Positions 30,842 through 41,725 are shown, counted from the first letter of the stretch. The stretch: DNA of 64,000 nucleotides from Candidatus Bathyarchaeia archaeon (GCA_050010755.1 JBEKKK010000001.1:1248001-1312000), one strand, 5' to 3'. Program-made: numbers and translations. Notes: generated by a model not told the origin, from the sequence alone.

Positions 30842-32500
30842 TTATTTTAACATCGGCATCTTCACATTTTTCTCTTTTGCAATCCTCTGGGCCTTCTCGT
30901 AGCCTGCGTCTGCGTGTCTGACTATCGCCATTCCAGGGTCTGTCGTCAGCACAGTTTCTATTCGGCGTTCCATTTCATCGGTTCCGTCGGCTACCAAGCA
31001 CATTCCAGCATGAATACTGTAGCCTATACCGACGCCGCCCCCGTGGTGCACGCTTACCCATGTTGCCCCGCCTACAGCGTTTATTAGAGCGTTGAGTATG
31101 GGCCAGTCCGCAACGGCGTCGCTTCCGTCTTTCATGCCTTCGGTCTCCCGGTTCGGTGAAGCAACGCTTCCTCCGTCCAGATGATCCCTGCCTATCCACA
31201 CCGGTCCAGAAAGACTGCCATCCGCAACCATGCGGTTTATGATTTTTCCGAACCTTGCCCTTTCACCGAAGCCGAGCCAACAGACCCTTGCAGGCAAGCC
31301 TTGAAACTTCACCTGCTCCTTGGCTTTCATTATCCAGCGGCACAGCTCCTTGTTATAAGCGAAATCCTTCAGAAGCACATCATCCAACTTGTAAATATCG
31401 TCCTCGCTGCCTACTAGCGACGCCCAGCGGAACGGCCCCTTTCCCTCGCAAAACATCGGTCTGACGTATCGCTGCACGAAGCCTGGAAAAGCAAACGCCT
31501 CTTTGAAGCCTGCCTCGCTAGCCTGTTCCCGCAGGTTGTTTCCGTAATCAAACGTCACAGCGCCTTTCCGCATCATCTTGACCATGGTTTCAACGTGCAA
31601 TCGCATGCTCTGGCTGGCTCGTCTGAGATATTCTTTCTGGTCGCTCTTTCTCAGCTCATCCGCCTTTTCCTTGCTCAGGCCTGCCGGATAGTAACCATTC
31701 AGAGGGTCGTGCGCGCTGGTCTGATCCGTCAGGACATTAGGGATAATGCCTCTTCTCAGAAGTTCAGGGTGCACTTCCGCAGCGTTACCGAGTAAACCTA
31801 TGCTTTTCGCGACGCCGTCATGTTTTGCCTCCAGAGCCAAGTTAATGGCTTCGTCCAAGCTGTCGGTCCACGTTTCCAGATACTTGAGCCTAATCCTCCG
31901 CTCAATCGCATGCTTGTCAACATCCACAACCAAGGCGACGCCACCGTTCATGGTCACGGCCAGAGGCTGAGCGCCTCCCATTTCACCCAGACCCGCGGTC
32001 AGCACGAGTCTTCCTTTCAGGTTCCCGCCAAAATGCTCTTTTGCAACAGCAGCCATCGTTTCATAGGTTCCCTGCAGAATCCCCTGCGTTCCGATGTAAG
32101 CCCAGGATCCAGCCGTCATCTGCCCGTACATGATCAAGCCTTTCTGCTCCAACTCGTAGAAGTAGTCCCAAGTGGCCCATTTCGGCACAAGCATCGAATT
32201 AACGATCAAGCCCCTCGGAGCCCATGTGTGCGTCTTGAAAACGGCAACGGGTTTTCCGCTCTGGATCAGCATGGTTTCGTCGGGCTCAAGCTCAGTAAGA
32301 GTCTCGACTATCCGGTCAAAACACTCCCAGTTCCGACAAGCTTTTCCAGTACCGCCGTAGACAACGAGTTTTTCAGGATCCTTACCCACGTCCGGGTCAA
32401 GAACGTTGCAGAGCATGCGCAGCATACCTTCAATCTGCCAATTCCTGCAGTGCAGTTCTTGCCCCGTCAAACAGTGAACAGGCTTCTCTAGCTCAACCAA
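30842..32500 (-). CDS. hutU: Urocanate hydratase
   Basis: [41 protein letters not shown]. Confidence 0.98.
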   Translation of the reverse strand: MVELEKPVHCLTGQELHCRNWQIEGMLRMLCNVLDPDVGKDPEKLVVYGGTGKACRNWECFDRIVETLTELEPDETMLIQSGKPVAVFKTHTWAPRGLIVNSMLVPKWATWDYFYELEQKGLIMYGQMTAGSWAYIGTQGILQGTYETMAAVAKEHFGGNLKGRLVLTAGLGEMGGAQPLAVTMNGGVALVVDVDKHAIERRIRLKYLETWTDSLDEAINLALEAKHDGVAKSIGLLGNAAEVHPELLRRGIIPNVLTDQTSAHDPLNGYYPAGLSKEKADELRKSDQKEYLRRASQSMRLHVETMVKMMRKGAVTFDYGNNLREQASEAGFKEAFAFPGFVQRYVRPMFCEGKGPFRWASLVGSEDDIYKLDDVLLKDFAYNKELCRWIMKAKEQVKFQGLPARVCWLGFGERARFGKIINRMVADGSLSGPVWIGRDHLDGGSVASPNRETEGMKDGSDAVADWPILNALINAVGGATWVSVHHGGGVGIGYSIHAGMCLVADGTDEMERRIETVLTTDPGMAIVRHADAGYEKAQRIAKEKNVKMPMLK

Positions 32501-32919
32501 CAGGGTTCACCATGAACCAAGAATGTTGACGGCGCACTTTAATTCTTTGCCCAAAATGATCGTGTTAATTTATCGCGGGTGGTTGTTGGTGTTAACAGTC
32601 GTCAAGTCAATCCTACGTTCTGTAAATTCGGCTCTGTCAAATCTTTTTCGAGCCATCTCTTGCATGAAAATTCGTCAAACCTATTAGTGAAGCGATACTG
32701 AGGTTTTTTCCTTATGCCAATTTTTGAAACTCGCATGGTTCAATCTCTCGGTTTTTCATAACCGTTCTGAACTCTTTGGTCCAAATCCCTAGAGACTTCA
32801 ACCCAAGAAGAAACGAATCTGACAGGGCTCAGTTCGCTCGAATCTCGCTACTAGCGCGCGTTAGTCAGTTGAAGAGACGAGATTCTGTTAATTCATCTGC
32901 GAGGTTAGCGTCTGTTGCA

Positions 32920-33470
32920 TCACTGGTTAGTCGTCGTCGCTGTTTCAGAACTGCGCCTGCGGATTCTCATCTCTTCTGTCAGAATCCAGGTGCTGCCCCC
33001 GTCGTGTGTTTCCTCCGAGTGCCACCTGAAAGATCCGGGCTTGATTTCTGAAAAGACCCAGCGCTCTGGATAGCCATCTTTGTAACTCCCTCAAGGACGA
33101 TATCTCTCCCCACCTGCCGCGCCACGAATGTTTGGACCGAACGGAGTAGCACAGATATCGAGGTGCTGTGCCAGGCGTCGATCGAAGGATCGTAAACCCT
33201 TATTGTGGTACCCACAGGAATGGCTTTCTTGGAGTGCTCGTCATACGTCATCCACACATCCTGTACAGCCCTGCCGTTGAGGATCCACCCGAAATGGACC
33301 TCGCCACCTTTCTTGAAAACGACTCCGCTGGGGCTTGGGCTCTTGACGCCAACGATATCCCAATCACCCACGAACCGACCGAAGAGCATCAGTTTGGCTT
33401 TGAACTCAGGATACGGACCATTAGAGAAAAGCCCTTCGATACTCCTCTGTCCGCCGCTTTTGTCTTTCAG
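32920..33470 (-). pseudogene. Beta-barrel (DUF1579-like) protein, frameshifted near 33080
   Basis: LFGRFVGDWD...WILNGRAVQDVW...GTTIRVYD; continues in another frame as DGYPERWVFSEIKPGSFRWHSEETHDGGSTW. Confidence 0.7.
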
Positions 33471-33587
33471 TCAATCGACGCCGCCAATAAGTGTAAGCGC
33501 TCGCGCGCTATAATTTGCAGATACTATCTGAACTACTATAACTTTTGCTGTCCTAAACAGACTGCGCGCGCTTTACTCTAGGTTCTT

Positions 33588-35621
33588 CTAGCTTTGGCTT
33601 GTTTTCACAGCTTTCTTTTTGTAGATTATGGCTGCTAGTAGTGTTAATAGCATGAAAAGCATCGTGGCTTGAATCCATGGAAACTCTGGAACCACTACTA
33701 TTGGAACCGTAAGCGGGTAATGGTCAGTATTGTGTGTGTCGATTACGTAAGGCGTGTTCCAGACGCCGTCTGTTTCGGTGGCGTTCGGATACTTTGTCAG
33801 ATAGTCGCTCCAGTAGTTGCCCAAGCCTCCACTATCCCAAATGTTAGTTGAGTTTGAAGAAGAAACTTGGCTGGTGTTGTTTATGAAGTTGTTATGGTAG
33901 ATTGTGTTGTTAGAAGAAGAATCGAGATAGATGCCATCATAGGTGTTTGCTGCTATGTTGTTCCCGTTCAGGTTGTTATTGGCAGAAGAATAGAGATACA
34001 TGCCATCAAAGTTGTTTGTTATGTTGTTTCCGCTTAATCTGTTATTAGAAGAAGAATCGAACAAGATGCCAACCCTGTTGCTTGTTAAGCTATTTCCGCT
34101 CACATTGTTGTTATTAGAAGAAGACTCGAGCACGATGCCAGTAGAGTTGCCTAATATGTTGTTTCCTGTTATGTTGTTCGCGTTCAGGCTGTTATTAGAA
34201 GAAGAATAGAGATAGATGCCATCATAGGTGTTTGCTGTTATGTTGTTTTCGCTAATGGTGTTGTTTGAAGTGTTCTCGAGGAAGGTGCCATATTGAAAGT
34301 TCTCTATGTTTGTGTTTTCGATTGTTATGTTGTTTCTGTTAGATAGGTCTATTCCGTTTCCAGTTCCATCTCCTTGAATCGTGAATCCAGCTCCGTTCAG
34401 AACGATATTGTCCCTCTGCACAACGATTGACTCAATGATGATGTTGGCTGTAAACGTGTAAGTGATATTGTCAACAGTCGTAATCGGTGCTGTTGACGGG
34501 CTTATGCTTCCGTCAGCATTGATGGTAATGGGTCCGCCCTCATATGGAACCCAAAGTTGCATGAGTGGATAATAGTCGGTATTGTTTGCGTCAATGACAT
34601 ATGAAGTGTTCCAGACGCCGAAGCCGTCAACTTTAGTGGCGTTCGGATACTTTGTCAGATAGTCGCTCCAGTAGTTGCCCAGGCCTCCACTATCCCAAAT
34701 GTTAGTTGAGTTTGAAGAAGAAACTTGGCTGGTGTTGTTTATGAAGTCATTATGGTAGATCATGTTGTCAGAGGATGAGTAGAGCTCAATGCCATTCCCG
34801 TTTTTTACAACGTTGTTGCCAGACAACGTGTCACCAGAGGCAGAGTAGAGCTTAATGCCATATCCGTTGTTTGCAACGTTGTTGCCAGACAAAGTGCAAT
34901 TATAAGAAGATTCGAGCAAAATGCCAATGTTGCTGTTTGCCGTGACGTTGTTGCCAAACAATGTGTTGTTAGAAGCAGAGCTGAGCACAATGCCATCATT
35001 ACTGCTTGCCGTAACGTTGTTGCCCGACAAAGTGTTGTTATCAGACGATTGTTGGAGCCAAATGCCATACCGGTTGTTTACGACAGTGTTGTCAGAAAAA
35101 GCGTTACCAGGGGAAGAGTCGAGCCAAATGCCATACGCGTTGTTTACGACGGTGTTGCCAGAAAAAGCATTATTAGAAGAAGATTGGAGTTGAATGCCTT
35201 GTCCGTTGTTTACGACGGTGTTGCCAGAAAAAGTGTTACCGGAAGAAGAGCCGAGCAAAATGCCCCAGGTAAAGTTCGTTAAAATCAGGTTTGTTACTGT
35301 CACGTTGCTTATGTTCGTCATGGTCGTTATTCCGCTCTCGTTTCCGCCTCCGGTCACAGTGTAGCCTGCCCCGTTTAAAACAATGTTGTCTCTTTCAATC
35401 ACAATTCCACCAGTATTGGCGGCGGTGATGTTGATGTTGCCAGTTAAAGTGTATGTGATATTGTCTGCTGTATAGATGGGAGCAGTTGACGGCGTTATGC
35501 TCCCGTCTGCATTTATGTAAATGGGTGCAACATCAGCCTTGACTATCTGAATCAACCCAGTTATTGACGATACGGAAAGCAAACACAGAATTATAATCGA
35601 AACAAAAACAACTCTGTTCAT
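33588..35621 (-). CDS. Secreted NosD/CASH parallel beta-helix protein with PEF-type C-terminal anchor
   Basis: Signal peptide, two duplicated modules (INADGSI..GI.L.SS.NN..GNYWSDY..D.YPL), VPEF + TM + KKK. Confidence 0.9.
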   Translation of the reverse strand: MNRVVFVSIIILCLLSVSSITGLIQIVKADVAPIYINADGSITPSTAPIYTADNITYTLTGNINITAANTGGIVIERDNIVLNGAGYTVTGGGNESGITTMTNISNVTVTNLILTNFTWGILLGSSSGNTFSGNTVVNNGQGIQLQSSSNNAFSGNTVVNNAYGIWLDSSPGNAFSDNTVVNNRYGIWLQQSSDNNTLSGNNVTASSNDGIVLSSASNNTLFGNNVTANSNIGILLESSYNCTLSGNNVANNGYGIKLYSASGDTLSGNNVVKNGNGIELYSSSDNMIYHNDFINNTSQVSSSNSTNIWDSGGLGNYWSDYLTKYPNATKVDGFGVWNTSYVIDANNTDYYPLMQLWVPYEGGPITINADGSISPSTAPITTVDNITYTFTANIIIESIVVQRDNIVLNGAGFTIQGDGTGNGIDLSNRNNITIENTNIENFQYGTFLENTSNNTISENNITANTYDGIYLYSSSNNSLNANNITGNNILGNSTGIVLESSSNNNNVSGNSLTSNRVGILFDSSSNNRLSGNNITNNFDGMYLYSSANNNLNGNNIAANTYDGIYLDSSSNNTIYHNNFINNTSQVSSSNSTNIWDSGGLGNYWSDYLTKYPNATETDGVWNTPYVIDTHNTDHYPLTVPIVVVPEFPWIQATMLFMLLTLLAAIIYKKKAVKTSQS
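33779..34760. repeat. Near-identical ~120-bp intragenic duplication (about 33779-33902 and 34637-34760)
   Basis: Direct comparison shows only about 3 mismatches. Confidence 0.85.
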
Positions 35622-35728
35622 CCGTTGTCACTTCCGCAAATAATTTATGGGATTGATTGAATCAGTTCTTATGGTTTGTGGAAGAATCCTCAGCGCGTGT
35701 GCAATGAGAATAGGGCACGACGACGCGT

Positions 35729-37057
35729 TCACATTTTCTGTTCTTCTAGAAGTCGAAAGTCGCCGCGACTTGCTTCTTTATCAATCACGATTCTTCCGTT
35801 CTTAATAACCTTGTCAACCAGGTTAACTCCGAATCGGTAGCCGAGAAACTTGTGGTTGGGCACGTCGAGGACGATGACATCAGCCTTCTTTCCCAATTCC
35901 AAGCTGCCGACCTCGTTTGCCCGGCTCACGGCGTGAGCGGCGTTAATCGTAGTTGCCGTAATAGCTTCGGCAGGCGTCATTTTCATACAGTGACAGGCGA
36001 GCCCTATGACCAGTTGCTGATTTTCAACCCAGCAGTTCGGGTTAAAATCCGTACCCAAAGCCACGGGGACTCCACAGTCAATCATTTTGCGGGCATCGGC
36101 GTACCGGTTGGTCATTAGGCTGAAAGCTGCCGCGGGCAGCAGAATCGCTGCCACGCCTTTTTCGGCCATCGCCTTGATGCCCTGATCGGAGGAGAAGAGC
36201 AGGTGATCTGCAGAAGCCGCTCCGATGTCTGCCGCGAGTTCTGCCCCGCCCAGGCGGCTCATCTCGTCCGCGTGAACCTTGGGCTTCAGGCCTGAGCTCT
36301 TGCCCGTGCTCAGGATGCGCCTGGTCTGTTCAAGGCCGAACACTCCTTTCTCGCAGAACACGTCACAGAACTCTGCCAGTCCCTTCTCTGCCACTTTGGG
36401 GATCATCTCCTCGGTGACCAGATTAACGTAGCCTTGCAGGTTGTTTTCGAATTCGGGGGGAACAGCATGGGCCCCGAGAAACGTTGGAACTATGTCCACG
36501 CTGTGCAGCTGATTCAACCGTTTGACAACTTCCAACATCTTGAGCTCATCTTTGGTCGTCAGACCGTAGCCGCTCTTGGCTTCAACAGTCGTCGTTCCGT
36601 GCTCCAACATCGCATCCAAGGTTTCGGTGCCATTTTCGACGAGTTTCTCGAAACTCGCCTTTCTGGTCTCTCTGACCGTTTTCAGAATGCCGCCGCCCGC
36701 CTCGAGGATTTCCATGTAAGAGGCACCCGTCATTCGCAATTGAAACTCGTCTTCCCGTGAACCGGCAAACACAAGATGGGTGTGAGGGTCAACGAAGCCG
36801 GGAAGAACGATTTTCCCGTTTACACTCACGACGTTTTCAGCCTTGTAAGTTTTCGTGATGTCCGCGGTTTTTCCCACAGCGACGATTCTTCCATCCTTGA
36901 CTGCCAAGCCTCCGTCGCGCACTATTCCAAGCTCCTGCATCTGCTTTCCAGTGCGCGGCTTCTGAGATTCGCTTGAAAGCGTGACAAGCTCATTCGCGTT
37001 TACGACGAGCAGGTCCAGTTTTTCCCGTGGCCTTGTCTTCACTGATCTTCTACTCAA
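35729..37057 (-). CDS. hutI: Imidazolonepropionase
   Basis: PGFVDPHTH, E.KSGYGL, HADE, ADHL, TDFNP. Confidence 0.97.
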   Translation of the reverse strand: MSRRSVKTRPREKLDLLVVNANELVTLSSESQKPRTGKQMQELGIVRDGGLAVKDGRIVAVGKTADITKTYKAENVVSVNGKIVLPGFVDPHTHLVFAGSREDEFQLRMTGASYMEILEAGGGILKTVRETRKASFEKLVENGTETLDAMLEHGTTTVEAKSGYGLTTKDELKMLEVVKRLNQLHSVDIVPTFLGAHAVPPEFENNLQGYVNLVTEEMIPKVAEKGLAEFCDVFCEKGVFGLEQTRRILSTGKSSGLKPKVHADEMSRLGGAELAADIGAASADHLLFSSDQGIKAMAEKGVAAILLPAAAFSLMTNRYADARKMIDCGVPVALGTDFNPNCWVENQQLVIGLACHCMKMTPAEAITATTINAAHAVSRANEVGSLELGKKADVIVLDVPNHKFLGYRFGVNLVDKVIKNGRIVIDKEASRGDFRLLEEQKM

Positions 37058-37970
37058 ACGTACCGCCTTTTTCGATGGCCTCTTGAACGGCTATTTCTAG
37101 GACGCGCTGCTCGGTCAGGTTGTCAACCTTCAAGTAGTACCCCGCGGTGTCGATTAGGGCCTTTAGCGGGGCCATGCCGCAGAATTCCGAACCCAAGATC
37201 GACACGTTGTAACGCGCACACTCAACCTTGAGAACTTCGAATACACGGTACAGCGGAGTTCTTTCGAAATCGCTTATGCTCATCCCGATTTGCGTGATGT
37301 TCTTCTCCGGAAGGAAGGCGGCCATCGCCTTGACGTTTGAGAACCCGCCCTTACTAGCATGCAAGGCCCGAGCTATCTTCCTGGCAACCTTCAAGTCTGC
37401 CGTCCCAATGTTAACGTTGAAGCCCGCCATGACCCTGCGCGCACCCGTTATCGTGGCGCCCGCGGTTGGATGAGGCTTCGCTGGCCCGAAGTCCGGCCTT
37501 CGCTCGGGTTTCGCAATCATCTCCCCAAGTCTCTCATAGTCCCCATCACGAATCCAATCCAAATCTCTCCGCTCATGCTTCAAAGAAGCGATACCATAAA
37601 GGTACACGGGCACGTGGCACTTTTCTGCAAGACTCTGGCCGAACCTCTTCGAGAGTTCGATACAGTCGTCAATTGTGACGTTTTTCAACGGAACAAACGG
37701 GACAACGTCAATTGCGCCGATTCGGGGGTGCTGGCCCTTGTGCTTTTTCATGTCAATCAGTTCCACAGCTTTGAAAGCCATTTTCAGCGCAGCCGCAAGC
37801 ACAGACTCTTCGTCTCCAACGAAAGAAACCACAAGTCTGTTGTAATAATCATCAAAAGAACAGTCGAGCAAAAATGCGTTCCTAGTTTTCCTAAGCTCCC
37901 CAAGAATGCTCTCCACAACTTCAGGATCTGAAGTGCTGAAGTTCGGCACGCACTCAACTAGGCCCGCCAT
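37050..37970 (-). CDS. ftcD: Glutamate formiminotransferase
   Basis: ECVPNFS, HKGQHPRIGAIDVVPF, PDFGP..HPTAGA. Confidence 0.95.
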   Translation of the reverse strand: MAGLVECVPNFSTSDPEVVESILGELRKTRNAFLLDCSFDDYYNRLVVSFVGDEESVLAAALKMAFKAVELIDMKKHKGQHPRIGAIDVVPFVPLKNVTIDDCIELSKRFGQSLAEKCHVPVYLYGIASLKHERRDLDWIRDGDYERLGEMIAKPERRPDFGPAKPHPTAGATITGARRVMAGFNVNIGTADLKVARKIARALHASKGGFSNVKAMAAFLPEKNITQIGMSISDFERTPLYRVFEVLKVECARYNVSILGSEFCGMAPLKALIDTAGYYLKVDNLTEQRVLEIAVQEAIEKGGTFE

Positions 37971-38250
37971 TCTTCTCCCACTCAGCTTCTAAAAGCGACG
38001 CAAACAAATAAGTGTATTTCGGGAAAAATCCAGAACCGAGACACAGTAACAAAAGAACGGGCCTACCCGCTAACCTCCAATTAGCTTCTTCTGTTGCTGT
38101 GCTAATGATTTCTTGACTTTTCGTAAACTGAACCCGAGCGCGCGCGTCGCGTGAACCTCGCCCAAACAACGACTGGGAGGCTGACCGTACGAGTTGCAGG
38201 ATTCTCAGAAGATTACCGGGATACTGCGAGAAAGGCCATTGCAAGGGACG

Positions 38251-39312
38251 TCAGATTGCTTTGACAATCTTGTATCCGGAGGCTCTTCTCAGCCTATTCA
38301 TAACCGCCAATCCAAGTCCTTCGAGAGGCACGCCTTCAGCCACAATGACGTCAACTCCTTCCATATCAAACTCCCTCAGACTGGCAAACAAGCTCCGAGC
38401 AATACTGCCCAAGTCACTTCTGCTTCCAACACACTTCACAACGCCAGTCTTGTAAGAACCGGCGGTTTCAGCAGTGCACAAAACCCCCACCTTGCTCCCC
38501 CTCCTTACATAATATGCTACCAACTCGTTCACTTTCTTCACAAGGGCAGGCAACTCGCCCTCAACCACGACCACGCAAGCATCGGGTGCGTAATGCTTAT
38601 GCTTCAATCCAGGCGAACGAACCGGCCCAGCGGGCACAGGCTTTTCAGCCGACACCGCCGGATTAAGAACCACACAGCCCAGAACCTCCTTCAACGCCTC
38701 AAACGGCGTTCCACCGGGCCGCAAAACCTCAGGAGGATCCACCGTCAGGTCCAAAACAGTAGACTCGACACCCACCGCCGTCGGACCAGCATCCAAAACT
38801 GCGTCAATCCTCCCGTTCAAATCATCCAAAACGTGCCTTGCTAAAGTTGGACTCGGCCTTCCCGCTAGGTTGGCGCTGGGCGCAGAAACTGGACAACCGC
38901 TCTCCCGAATCAACGCCAAGGCAACCTCGTGCCTGGGCATCCTCACAGCAACCGTATCTAAGCCGGCAACGGTCACGTCAGGTAAGGCCCTCGACCGCTT
39001 CAAAACCAAAGTCAGCGGCCCAGGCCAGAACAATTTCATCAGCGCCTCTGCCTTCGGCGGAACCTCCCTGGCAACCCTGCGAACATCCTCAACACCGCAC
39101 ACATGTACGATAGGTGGGTTATCTAGCGGGCGCTTCTTTGCCTCGAAAAGTGCCAAAACGGCCGAACCGTTCAAAGCGTCTGCCCCTAGCCCGTACACGG
39201 TCTCCGTCGGAAAGGCTACTAAACCGCCACGTCTGATGAGCCTTGCCGCGACACGAACCTTCTCGATGTCAGGGGTCTCGGGGTCGACCTTCAACAGCAC
39301 CGTTTTCTTCAT
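38251..39312 (-). CDS. sua5: Threonylcarbamoyl-AMP synthase Sua5
   Basis: FPTETVYGLGA, K.RP.DNP, APSAN..G, SPG..HYAP. Confidence 0.97.
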   Translation of the reverse strand: MKKTVLLKVDPETPDIEKVRVAARLIRRGGLVAFPTETVYGLGADALNGSAVLALFEAKKRPLDNPPIVHVCGVEDVRRVAREVPPKAEALMKLFWPGPLTLVLKRSRALPDVTVAGLDTVAVRMPRHEVALALIRESGCPVSAPSANLAGRPSPTLARHVLDDLNGRIDAVLDAGPTAVGVESTVLDLTVDPPEVLRPGGTPFEALKEVLGCVVLNPAVSAEKPVPAGPVRSPGLKHKHYAPDACVVVVEGELPALVKKVNELVAYYVRRGSKVGVLCTAETAGSYKTGVVKCVGSRSDLGSIARSLFASLREFDMEGVDVIVAEGVPLEGLGLAVMNRLRRASGYKIVKAI

Positions 39313-39382
39313 CGGAAACGGTAGAATCGCACCTCAGCTTTTAAACCTCGCCAACGGGGAACACGAAAAAAGAAGAGCAGGC

Positions 39383-39877
39383 CTAGACGACGTATCGATC
39401 CATAATCTTCTTTATGCCCTTCGGCGGAGCCTGTTTTGCGGCTAGTTGCTTCAGTATCGACATGACCTGCGGCTGAAAACGAGCGATATCCGTCAAACTC
39501 ACCAGGCCTACGAGACGCTTCCCATCAACCACCGGTAACTTCTTGATTTTCATCTGAAACATCAACTTCACAGCCTCTCCCAAATCCATACTCGGCTCTG
39601 CCACGACAAGCGGGCTCGTCATCACATCCTTAACCTTCGTCTTCTTGGCATCCTTCGCACCCGCAACAATCCGCTTCAAGACATCCCTCTCCGTGAGAAT
39701 ACCCATAGCCTTTCCCTTCTTCACCGCGATCAAACAGCCAATCTCGAACTTGTTCATAACATCAACGGCCTCCTTAACCGTCACGCCATCATCAATCGTG
39801 ACGACTTCCTTCACCATCACGTCCTCAACTTTCAGGGAAATCTCGCCTTCCTTCTCTTCGGCTTCATCTTTAGGCAA
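39383..39877 (-). CDS. CBS-domain protein
   Basis: Tandem CBS (GILTERD, VKDVMT, LVGLVSLTD); start inferred at a TTG with GGTGAT upstream. Confidence 0.9.
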   Translation of the reverse strand: MPKDEAEEKEGEISLKVEDVMVKEVVTIDDGVTVKEAVDVMNKFEIGCLIAVKKGKAMGILTERDVLKRIVAGAKDAKKTKVKDVMTSPLVVAEPSMDLGEAVKLMFQMKIKKLPVVDGKRLVGLVSLTDIARFQPQVMSILKQLAAKQAPPKGIKKIMDRYVV

Positions 39878-39942
39878 TGCAATCACCAACCCTTTATGAC
39901 ATGCCGATTTGAGTATATAAAACTCTGCAGCGTCCACTGCGC

Positions 39943-41283
39943 CTACAGACCATGCAAGCCCCGCACAAGCGCCTCGGCATTCTTCGAAACTGGGATTCTC
40001 GCCCTCTCAAACTTTTCTCTAGGCTTAGCAAACGGCCTAGTCGCGTCAACACCCACTTTCGTAGTAGAACCCGTTTCTTGATCTGCGGAAGAGTCCAAAG
40101 TTGAGCCACGGACGTTGTTGACCACGAACAGATCCTTGCTGGCTTGGAACCTCGTGGCAATAGCCCACTCAACGCTGGAAGCATCGAACACGTCTATATC
40201 CGAATCCACTACAACTGCGTGCTTCAAACTTGGATGAGCAGCAAGAGCGGCCAACAAAACGTTCTTCCCATCTCCATCAAGCTGTTTTTCAACGGAAATC
40301 ACCGCGTGCAGCCATCCACATCCGCCCGCTGACAGGTTCACAGCATAAACTTTAGGCACGACCTTCGAGACCGCCTCCCAAATGAGCACCTCATGCGGGA
40401 CACCCATCAGAAGCCTATGTTCAGCCCCAGAAGGCAGAAGCCCGTGATAGAGATAATCCTCTCGCTGCCGCACCCCGACGACGGTGACGATTGGCTGCTT
40501 CCTCTGCACATCATAAGTACCCGTAACATCCACGAAAGGACCCTCAACAACTTCTTTCACAGCTGAGATCCTCCCTTCTAGCACCAGCTCCGCATCAGCT
40601 GGGGCACAGGCATCAACGTCTTCGCACTCAATCAGACGAAGCCCACCGTCCATCAGAGCGTTAGCAACGTCGAACTCGCAAACCCCGAAAGGAAGAGGAG
40701 ACGAAGCAGCCAGCATGACCGCAGGGTGGACGCCAATGGAAATTGCCACATCAAGATCCTTACCCGCTTCCTTCGCCATTCGCCACAGCTTAAAAAGATG
40801 CCGCGGAACCAGCCTAATCGCCAAATGATTTCTATCTAAGACCCGAAGACGATGTACGGAAACGTTCTCAACTTTTCCATCAACGTTTTTCGCATGAACG
40901 ACGCCCGAAGTGATGTACGGAGCTGCATCCCTTTCGAAGTGCGTCAAAATCGGAACACTCGACAGGTCAACAACCTTAACTTTTTTCGCGGCAGCATTTT
41001 CAACTACCTTGGGTTTCTTCGGCGAGTGCCAAGCCTTCATCAACGTTTCGCAGAGTCCGTCTTGATCGACGTCAAGCGCCCTGCATATCCTATTTCGCGT
41101 CCCGCAAACGTTAGCGACAACCCTCCTGTCGCTGCCCTTCACCTTTTCGAAGAGAAGAATCGGGCCATCCTTGTCAAATTCTTTCAAAACATGGGAGATT
41201 TCAAAACGAGGAGAAACTGCCTCTTTCACACGCAGAACCTCTCCTTCCCCCTCGGACTTCTCGATGAAGTCTCTGAGGCTCAC
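39943..41283 (-). CDS. UbiD-family prFMN decarboxylase (probable anhydromevalonate phosphate decarboxylase)
   Basis: EGPFVD.TG.Y, GG.GWLHAV, VVVD.DID, EWAIATR, GSTLD. Confidence 0.9.
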   Translation of the reverse strand: MSLRDFIEKSEGEGEVLRVKEAVSPRFEISHVLKEFDKDGPILLFEKVKGSDRRVVANVCGTRNRICRALDVDQDGLCETLMKAWHSPKKPKVVENAAAKKVKVVDLSSVPILTHFERDAAPYITSGVVHAKNVDGKVENVSVHRLRVLDRNHLAIRLVPRHLFKLWRMAKEAGKDLDVAISIGVHPAVMLAASSPLPFGVCEFDVANALMDGGLRLIECEDVDACAPADAELVLEGRISAVKEVVEGPFVDVTGTYDVQRKQPIVTVVGVRQREDYLYHGLLPSGAEHRLLMGVPHEVLIWEAVSKVVPKVYAVNLSAGGCGWLHAVISVEKQLDGDGKNVLLAALAAHPSLKHAVVVDSDIDVFDASSVEWAIATRFQASKDLFVVNNVRGSTLDSSADQETGSTTKVGVDATRPFAKPREKFERARIPVSKNAEALVRGLHGL

Positions 41284-41651
41284 GCCGTCACTCCCTCCCT
41301 CTGCGGTTCGTCATGAGCAACCTTGTCCAAGAGTTTCCTAAAAATCGACTGCGCCTGTCTCTCATCCATCGACTCCAAATAAACTGAAACAAGAGCTATC
41401 TTACCCTTCCTCTCAGCCAAGTTCTCAGCAAACATTCGAGCTGAAATCGCGTTCCTATCCCCCAGGAGAATCGAAGACGAAGGAGGTCCCAACATGTCCT
41501 TGGGTCTCGGAACAGCAATTGCCAGCGTCCCAAGCTTATCCACTCTTTCGCTCAACAGAACCAGACAGGAATTTTTGGCCTCCAAATAAACTTCGAGGAA
41601 ATGCACGTTCTGTTCGACAATCTCCTCCTTCACAACCCGCGCACGTTCCAT
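41280..41651 (-). CDS. PAC4/PSMG4-like (or LpdD-like) small chaperone-fold protein
   Basis: VHF..L..KNS.LV....KLGTLAIAVP...SS.LLGD...A...AE.LA.R.GK...VS resembles the PSMG4 pattern; GTGA overlap with ubiD. Confidence 0.6.
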   Translation of the reverse strand: MERARVVKEEIVEQNVHFLEVYLEAKNSCLVLLSERVDKLGTLAIAVPRPKDMLGPPSSSILLGDRNAISARMFAENLAERKGKIALVSVYLESMDERQAQSIFRKLLDKVAHDEPQREGVTA

Positions 41652-41725
41652 GCCCAAACCTCCAGCACTTATTAGAAGCTTCACATACTCACTATTTATC
41701 ACTTTCAAGAAATCGAGGCAATAAA

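Noticed and set aside
33779-34760. Diversity-generating retroelement TR/VR pair
   Set aside because: Mismatches are few and not adenine-specific, both copies are in-frame in one gene, and no reverse transcriptase is present
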